Part shown: positions 58,884 through 64,000 of the stretch, one piece after another
How the letters are laid out: every line of letters starts with the position of its first letter
Position numbering within the stretch: the stretch's first letter is position 1
From: an uncultured Chitinophagales bacterium
GTDB lineage: Bacteria > Bacteroidota > Bacteroidia > Chitinophagales > JADIYW01
Assembly (NCBI GenBank): GCA_964507125.1
Contig: CAZDOT010000007.1
Location: forward strand, 19,764-83,763
Direction of reading: 5' to 3'
DNA length: 64,000 nucleotides
Program-made: the position numbers and the translations under genes
Notes under the pieces: generated by a model
The model's database searches: none
Seen by the model: the letters and a program-made list of their open reading frames with translations, nothing else
Told to the model about the DNA's origin: nothing

Positions 58884-59933
58884 TTATTTCAAGCTCCAAT
58901 CAAATTGGTCTAAGTTTTCAATACAGTGTTTTAATAGCATCACACTTGCCTCAATATCTGATTTGTGCGCCATCTCTATTACTTGATGTAAATGTCTTGT
59001 AGGAATAGAAATTGCTCCGGCAATAGCACCTGTTTTGCCCATTCGTTGAATGCCTGCAGTGTCTGTTCCACCCATTGGTAATACTTCCGGTTGCCATTTA
59101 ATTTTAAATTTATCCGCCATCTCTTTTTGGTATTTCACCATTCTGTAATCGCAAATAGTAGAAGCATCCATAATTTTTATGGCAACACCTTCGCCTAATT
59201 TTGTTACCTGTTCTTCCGGTTTTGAGTCCGGTAAATCATAAGCGATTGTTGTATCTAAGCCAAATCCAAATGTTGGATTGATGTTATGCGCTGCTACATT
59301 TGCACCTCTAATGCCTACTTCTTCTTGTACAGAAAAAACACCATACACATCATACGGACAATCTTTCAATAATTTTAATGTCTCAATTAAAATATAAACA
59401 GCTACTCTATTGTCGATGGATTTGCAGTTAACACATTCACCCATTTCTATCAATTGTCGGTCACGTGTTACGACATCACCAATAGTAACGTGTTTTATTA
59501 CTTCGCTGTAAGGCAAACCTAAATCAATAAAAAAATCGTGTATATGCACCGGCTTGTTTCGCTCTTCCGGTGACATAATATGAATAGGCTTAGAGCCCAT
59601 TACACCGATCAAATCTTTCTTACCATGCACAATTACACGTTGTGCCGTCAATGTTTTTGGATCAAAACCACCTAATGTATGGAAACGCAAGAAACCATTG
59701 CTGTCAATGTGTTTCACCATAAATCCAATTTCATCCATGTGTGCTGCAATCATGACGCGTTTACTGCTGTCTTTTCCTTTTTTAATGGCATATACATTTC
59801 CAAGATTATCTTGTTCTATGGTGTCAGCCACGCCTTCGATGTTTTTCAAAACGAGCTCTCGTACACGTTGCTCATAACCCGGTGCACCGGCAACTTCACA
59901 GATTTGAGCTAATAATTTTACATTTGTTTTCAT
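58884..59933 (-). CDS. M42-family metallo-aminopeptidase (FrvX/PepA-like)
   Basis: 349 aa. AHMDEIGFMV and DNRVAVY motifs, and QEEVGIRGA. Confidence 0.88.
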   Translation of the reverse strand: MKTNVKLLAQICEVAGAPGYEQRVRELVLKNIEGVADTIEQDNLGNVYAIKKGKDSSKRVMIAAHMDEIGFMVKHIDSNGFLRFHTLGGFDPKTLTAQRVIVHGKKDLIGVMGSKPIHIMSPEERNKPVHIHDFFIDLGLPYSEVIKHVTIGDVVTRDRQLIEMGECVNCKSIDNRVAVYILIETLKLLKDCPYDVYGVFSVQEEVGIRGANVAAHNINPTFGFGLDTTIAYDLPDSKPEEQVTKLGEGVAIKIMDASTICDYRMVKYQKEMADKFKIKWQPEVLPMGGTDTAGIQRMGKTGAIAGAISIPTRHLHQVIEMAHKSDIEASVMLLKHCIENLDQFDWSLK

Positions 59934-60087
59934 AAACTTTTGATGAATAAGGTATTATGTTTTTAAAAATTGGGGACACAAATATACATCTAAATTGGAA
60001 TAAATTAAAAATAAAAAATTTGTATTATTTTTATTCATAATGTGGTACTTGTAATAATTAGTATCTTTATCTCACTAAACAAAATAG

Positions 60088-62457
60088 ATGTCTATACTTA
60101 ACAATATTGGAGGTGTTTTGTTAAAACCATTTATAAAAGAATGGAGCAGAACACAATTGCCTAAGATTGATGGCCAAGTATTCTTAAAAGGTTTAAAAGA
60201 AGAAGTAGAAATTATACGCGATGAATTAGGTGCTGTACATATCTATGCAAAAAATAAAAACGATTTAATTTTTGCTCAAGGATATGCACATGCACAAGAT
60301 CGTCTCTTTCAAATGGAATTAAACCGAAAAGTTGCACGCGGCAAGTTGAGCGAAATTATCGGTATCAAAGCATTAGATAGCGATAGAATAGCCAGAACAT
60401 TGGGCTATGAACGCGTTGCCAAACAAGATTGGGAATTATTTACAGATGAAGAACAACAAATAATTATTGATTATTGCAACGGCATCAATGCATATATCAA
60501 AAGCGAAGAATTTAAACTTTCCGTAGAGTTTCGTTTGTTAAAACATCGTCCGGAACTTTGGGATCCGATGGATGTTGCTTCATTTTCTCGTTTGCTTACA
60601 TCATTGCTTACTTGGGGCTGGTACGATGAAATTATACGAGCTAAATTGGTAGAAGCGGTAGGTATGGATGCCGCCTTAGAATTAGATAATACTTACACAA
60701 AAGATACACCAGTTACATTGCCCAAAGGAATTGAATTTAATGTATTGGATGTGTCCGGAAAGTTTGAGGCATTAAAAGGTCCGTACATTCCGCAAATTAG
60801 CGGTAGTAATGCGTGGTCGGTGAGTGGCACAAAAACAAAAACCGGCAAACCTATTTTAGCAAATGATCCACATCTTACTTTAAAAAATCCCAATATCTGG
60901 TATATGAATCACTTGCATTGTCCGGATTTACGTGTCAGTGGTGTTACAGCTCCGGCAGTGCCTATGGTACAAATTGGACATAACGAACATATAGGTTGGG
61001 GAATCACATTGAGCTTCACCGATTTAGAAGATGTTTTTGTAGAAAAGTTTACGGATGATACCTGCACAACATATATGCACGATGGTAAACTAAAAGACAC
61101 ACATATACTAGAAGAAAAAATTTTTATAAAAGGAGAGAAAATGCCTTTTATAGAAAAAGTGTTTGAAACGGTGCATGGTGTGTTAATTTCCGATGTTACG
61201 GGTAATTCATCCATGAAACTTACTTTATGTTCGATGGCATATAAAGCATCTACGGCAACTCGTGGTTGGTTTCAATTAAATAAAGCAAAAAACTGGAATG
61301 AATTTACCGATGCGGTAAGTCATATTACAGCACCGGGTTTAAACATTGTATATGCAGATGTGAACAGCAATATCGGATATTATAATTCCGGAAAAGTACC
61401 TGTGCGAAACAAAGAAGTTGCTTCGTTTCCACAAGCAGGTTGGACAGGTGAAAACGATTGGAAATCCTTTGTTCCATTTGAGGAAATGCCGTATGTACTT
61501 AATCCGGAAAAAGGCTACATCATCACAGCTAATCACAAAATTGAACCGGATGATTTTCCGCATTTTTTAGGTGATATTTATATGAATGGATATCGTGCAG
61601 ATAGATTGGAAAATATGTTGCAACGCAAAGAAAAATCTGATGCTAAAGATTATACCGAAATGCAAATGGACTTTTATTGCACGCCCGGAAAATTATTAGC
61701 TGCCCATTTTAAAGATATAAAAATGGATAATGCCGATTTGCAACGCTATCTGGATTTATTTTTAGCTTGGAATGGCGTATTAGATGCCGATAGAGTGGAA
61801 GGTAGTTTGTATAATGTTTCTAAGTGGATGATTGTTCGCCGTATTTTTGAATCAGCTATCCATGATAAAAAGTTGGTAGATGAATTATTAGGAAAAGGAT
61901 TTAATGCCATTTTTGGTCCTGTAAATGCTTATTTAGGTCATAATACACCAATATTGTTACGCATCTTAGATAATCCGGCGTCTTTTTGGTTGAAAGCTGC
62001 CGGCGGAAAAGAAAAAGTATTAAAAGAAGGTTTTAAAAATGCCATTGATTGGATGAAACTCAATTATGGAACCAATCCGCAAAAATGGAAATGGGGCAAT
62101 TTACACGCAATTGTATTTCCGCATGCATTGAGTGCACAACCACCATTAGACAAAATTTTCAATATTGGGCCATTTCCAATTGGTGGTGATAAAGATACGC
62201 CACATCAAACGTATAACATGGCAGTTGATAGTTTCGGCGGTGAATTGTCCGCACCATCGTATCGACAAATAATCGACTTTTCTGATTTTGATAAATCAAC
62301 TATTATAATGCCGCTGGGTAACTCCGGAAATATGGCGAGTCCATTTTATAAAAATCAATTACAGGATTGGTTCGACGGAAAAAGTTATCCGATGTGTTGG
62401 TCGAGAGCCAAAGTAGATGCTCATAAAAAACACACTTTATTGCTGAAAAAAGCCTAA
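60088..62457 (+). CDS. Penicillin-acylase-family Ntn hydrolase (possible acyl-homoserine-lactone or beta-lactam acylase)
   Basis: 789 aa. AQGYAHAQDRLFQMEL in the alpha-subunit region and a candidate autoprocessing nucleophile at ISGSNAWSVSG. Confidence 0.85.
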   Translation: MSILNNIGGVLLKPFIKEWSRTQLPKIDGQVFLKGLKEEVEIIRDELGAVHIYAKNKNDLIFAQGYAHAQDRLFQMELNRKVARGKLSEIIGIKALDSDRIARTLGYERVAKQDWELFTDEEQQIIIDYCNGINAYIKSEEFKLSVEFRLLKHRPELWDPMDVASFSRLLTSLLTWGWYDEIIRAKLVEAVGMDAALELDNTYTKDTPVTLPKGIEFNVLDVSGKFEALKGPYIPQISGSNAWSVSGTKTKTGKPILANDPHLTLKNPNIWYMNHLHCPDLRVSGVTAPAVPMVQIGHNEHIGWGITLSFTDLEDVFVEKFTDDTCTTYMHDGKLKDTHILEEKIFIKGEKMPFIEKVFETVHGVLISDVTGNSSMKLTLCSMAYKASTATRGWFQLNKAKNWNEFTDAVSHITAPGLNIVYADVNSNIGYYNSGKVPVRNKEVASFPQAGWTGENDWKSFVPFEEMPYVLNPEKGYIITANHKIEPDDFPHFLGDIYMNGYRADRLENMLQRKEKSDAKDYTEMQMDFYCTPGKLLAAHFKDIKMDNADLQRYLDLFLAWNGVLDADRVEGSLYNVSKWMIVRRIFESAIHDKKLVDELLGKGFNAIFGPVNAYLGHNTPILLRILDNPASFWLKAAGGKEKVLKEGFKNAIDWMKLNYGTNPQKWKWGNLHAIVFPHALSAQPPLDKIFNIGPFPIGGDKDTPHQTYNMAVDSFGGELSAPSYRQIIDFSDFDKSTIIMPLGNSGNMASPFYKNQLQDWFDGKSYPMCWSRAKVDAHKKHTLLLKKA

Positions 62458-62500
62458 ATATTTCTTTTTTGGTATAATTTTAGATAATCAAAATAAAAAA

Positions 62501-62917
62501 ATGAACATGAAGTATATCGTAATTTGTTGTATGGCAATGGTATTTTTTGGTATGCAACAAGCCAAAGCACAAGCAGTCGTAAATTCCAATTCTAAAACAA
62601 AAATATTAAACAATGAAGTGAAAATTGCAGAGAGCAATTTAGAGCAGGAATTCACCATTCAAAATAAAGATGTAAGCATCGTAGGAGATGGTAATAAAAT
62701 AAAAATAAAAGGAACCGTTGGTAAGTTGTCCATTTCCGGAAATGACAATGAGATTGATGTAGAAAGTGTGAAAGAGATTGCCATTAAATTCAATAACAAC
62801 TTTGTAAGCTGGCAACAATCACCTAATGCTAATGGTAAGCCCATTATTTCAGATAAAGGTGGCTACAATAATGTGGGAAAAAAATCAGGTGATGCATTAG
62901 ATAAATCAGATAATTGA
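62501..62917 (+). CDS. Secreted DUF3060-like repeat protein
   Basis: 138 aa with a signal peptide. Repeated G-D/N-G/D-N-x-I-x-V/I units (VGDGNKIKIKG, ISGNDNEIDV). Confidence 0.55.
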   Translation: MNMKYIVICCMAMVFFGMQQAKAQAVVNSNSKTKILNNEVKIAESNLEQEFTIQNKDVSIVGDGNKIKIKGTVGKLSISGNDNEIDVESVKEIAIKFNNNFVSWQQSPNANGKPIISDKGGYNNVGKKSGDALDKSDN

Positions 62918-62937
62918 TACCACAATTGTATTATAGT

Positions 62938-62966
62938 AAACGAACCTCATTTGGGTTCGTTTTTTT
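62938..62966 (+). terminator. Rho-independent terminator
   Basis: AAACGAACC / GGTTCGTTT stem with a 5-7 nt loop, followed by a T-run that includes the last stem T. Confidence 0.85.
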
Positions 62967-63002
62967 ATGGTTTGCTTCGTATTTTTAGAGATAATTTATC
63001 AC

Positions 63003-63935
63003 ATGACATTATTCAATCCATTTGATTTCAATGATCCGGTAACGTATGCCATTCCGGGTTTTATATTGTTAATTGTTGTAGAATTTTATTTTTATATAAG
63101 AAAGAAATTAAATCCGACGAACACCTATTTTAAAGATGCTGCGGCAAGCATCGGAATGGGTTTGGGTTCAGTATTAATTGATATTGCCATGAAAGCAATT
63201 GCTTTGGGTTATTTGTTTTGGTTTTATCAATTCCGAATTTTTGAAAACTTAGGCCCATCTACGGTGGAGGAATTTGCCAATTGGCAATGGCATAAAGCCC
63301 ATTTTTGGGTTTGGATTATTGCATTGTTTTTGCAAGATTTTTCATTCTATTGGCATCACCGATTGAGCCATGAATTGCGTGTTTTATGGACAGCACATAT
63401 CAATCATCATTCCTCTACACATTTGAATTTTGCTGTTGCATTGCGACAAAGTTGGTTAGAATTATTGTATAAAGATGCTTGGTATATTCCGATGGCTATT
63501 TTAGGTTTTCATCCATTGATGATATTGACTTTGCATCAACTTAATTTAATTTATCAATTTACCACACATACCGAAGCGGTAAAAAAATTACCCAAATGGT
63601 TTGAGGCTATTTTTAATACACCTTCGCATCATAGAGTGCATCATGCGAGTAACATCAAATATTTAGATAAAAACTACGCCGGAATTTTTATTATTTGGGA
63701 TAAATTATTAGGAACATTTAAAGCAGAAGATGCAGAACAACCTGTGTATGGTATTACCAAAAATATTGATAGTTACAACTTGTTTTATATCGCTTTTCAC
63801 GAATGGAAAAATATGTGGAGCGATGTTCGAAAAGCACCAACGTTAAAAGATAAATGGAATTATATTTTTAAGTCGCCGGGCTGGAGCCATAATGGTGAAG
63901 ACCAACGAGCTAAAACACTCCAAAAAAATCTTTAG
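63003..63935 (+). CDS. Fatty-acid hydroxylase superfamily membrane enzyme ('sterol desaturase family'), alkylglycerol-monooxygenase-like
   Basis: His boxes WHHRLSHE, AHINHHSS and TPSHHRVHH, followed by YLDKNYAGIFIIWDKLLGTF. The ATG at 63003 is preferred because the track start at 62967 lies inside the upstream terminator. Confidence 0.8.
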   Translation: MTLFNPFDFNDPVTYAIPGFILLIVVEFYFYIRKKLNPTNTYFKDAAASIGMGLGSVLIDIAMKAIALGYLFWFYQFRIFENLGPSTVEEFANWQWHKAHFWVWIIALFLQDFSFYWHHRLSHELRVLWTAHINHHSSTHLNFAVALRQSWLELLYKDAWYIPMAILGFHPLMILTLHQLNLIYQFTTHTEAVKKLPKWFEAIFNTPSHHRVHHASNIKYLDKNYAGIFIIWDKLLGTFKAEDAEQPVYGITKNIDSYNLFYIAFHEWKNMWSDVRKAPTLKDKWNYIFKSPGWSHNGEDQRAKTLQKNL

Positions 63936-63964
63936 AAGAAATTTTGCATAAAAACAATAAAATG

Positions 63965-63994
63965 AAAAAGTCGATCCAAAAGACCGACTTTTTT
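63965..63994 (+). terminator. Rho-independent terminator after the hydroxylase gene
   Basis: Stem GTCGATC / GACCGAC (one mismatch) extended by A/T pairs, with a 5-nt loop, followed by T6. Confidence 0.7.
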
Positions 63995-64000
63995 GTATGA

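Noticed and set aside
1-64000. A visual search of the window for tRNA, rRNA, transposase, integrase, phage genes and CRISPR arrays, and a comparison of intergenic hairpins for shared REP-like elements.
   Set aside because: I found no T-loop or anticodon-arm candidates, no DDE or tyrosine-recombinase-like ORFs, and no hairpin sequence shared between spacers. The window appears to be core chromosome apart from the small sdh insert. This scan was by eye and is not exhaustive.

Overview
A 64 kb chromosomal segment from a low-GC, AT-rich member of the Bacteroidota. The assignment rests on the type IX secretion/gliding genes sprA, gldD and gldE, on Por-type C-terminal sorting domains, on TTG-N20-TAnnTTTG promoter boxes, and on a general lack of Shine-Dalgarno sequences. 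The window is mostly housekeeping genes: tatA, gatA, ruvA, gcvH, rplM-rpsI-rpsB-tsf-pyrH, frr, rng, an HU gene, mutY, ssb, pdxA, pepA, rsmA, greA, metG and sdhCAB. Envelope and accessory genes are interspersed: sprA, two T9SS cargo proteins, a TonB-dependent receptor, a lipoprotein CbiX-like chelatase with a PepSY membrane partner, a VWA/MoxR pair, three GT-C-like polytopic membrane proteins plus a GT2, a penicillin-acylase-family protein, and an AGMO-like fatty-acid hydroxylase. I found no rRNA, tRNA, CRISPR array, transposase or integrase. Six observations stand out. (1) A two-gene cassette sits between sdhA and sdhB; its Pol-beta-type nucleotidyltransferase gene is broken by two single-A deletions in poly-A runs. 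(2) An ORF too short for the ORF track encodes a 29-aa hyper-basic peptide resembling bS22/mS38 and is translationally coupled to the gene upstream. (3) A strong intrinsic terminator lies between the greA promoter and the greA start codon, which looks like a leader attenuator. (4) An 82-nt GC-rich island with SRP-RNA-like sequence features lies in the AT-rich spacer upstream of rplM. (5) A 7-bp x 7 tandem repeat abuts a promoter. (6) A T9SS cargo gene interrupts the conserved pyrH-frr pair. All family assignments come from motif recognition by eye; no database search was run.
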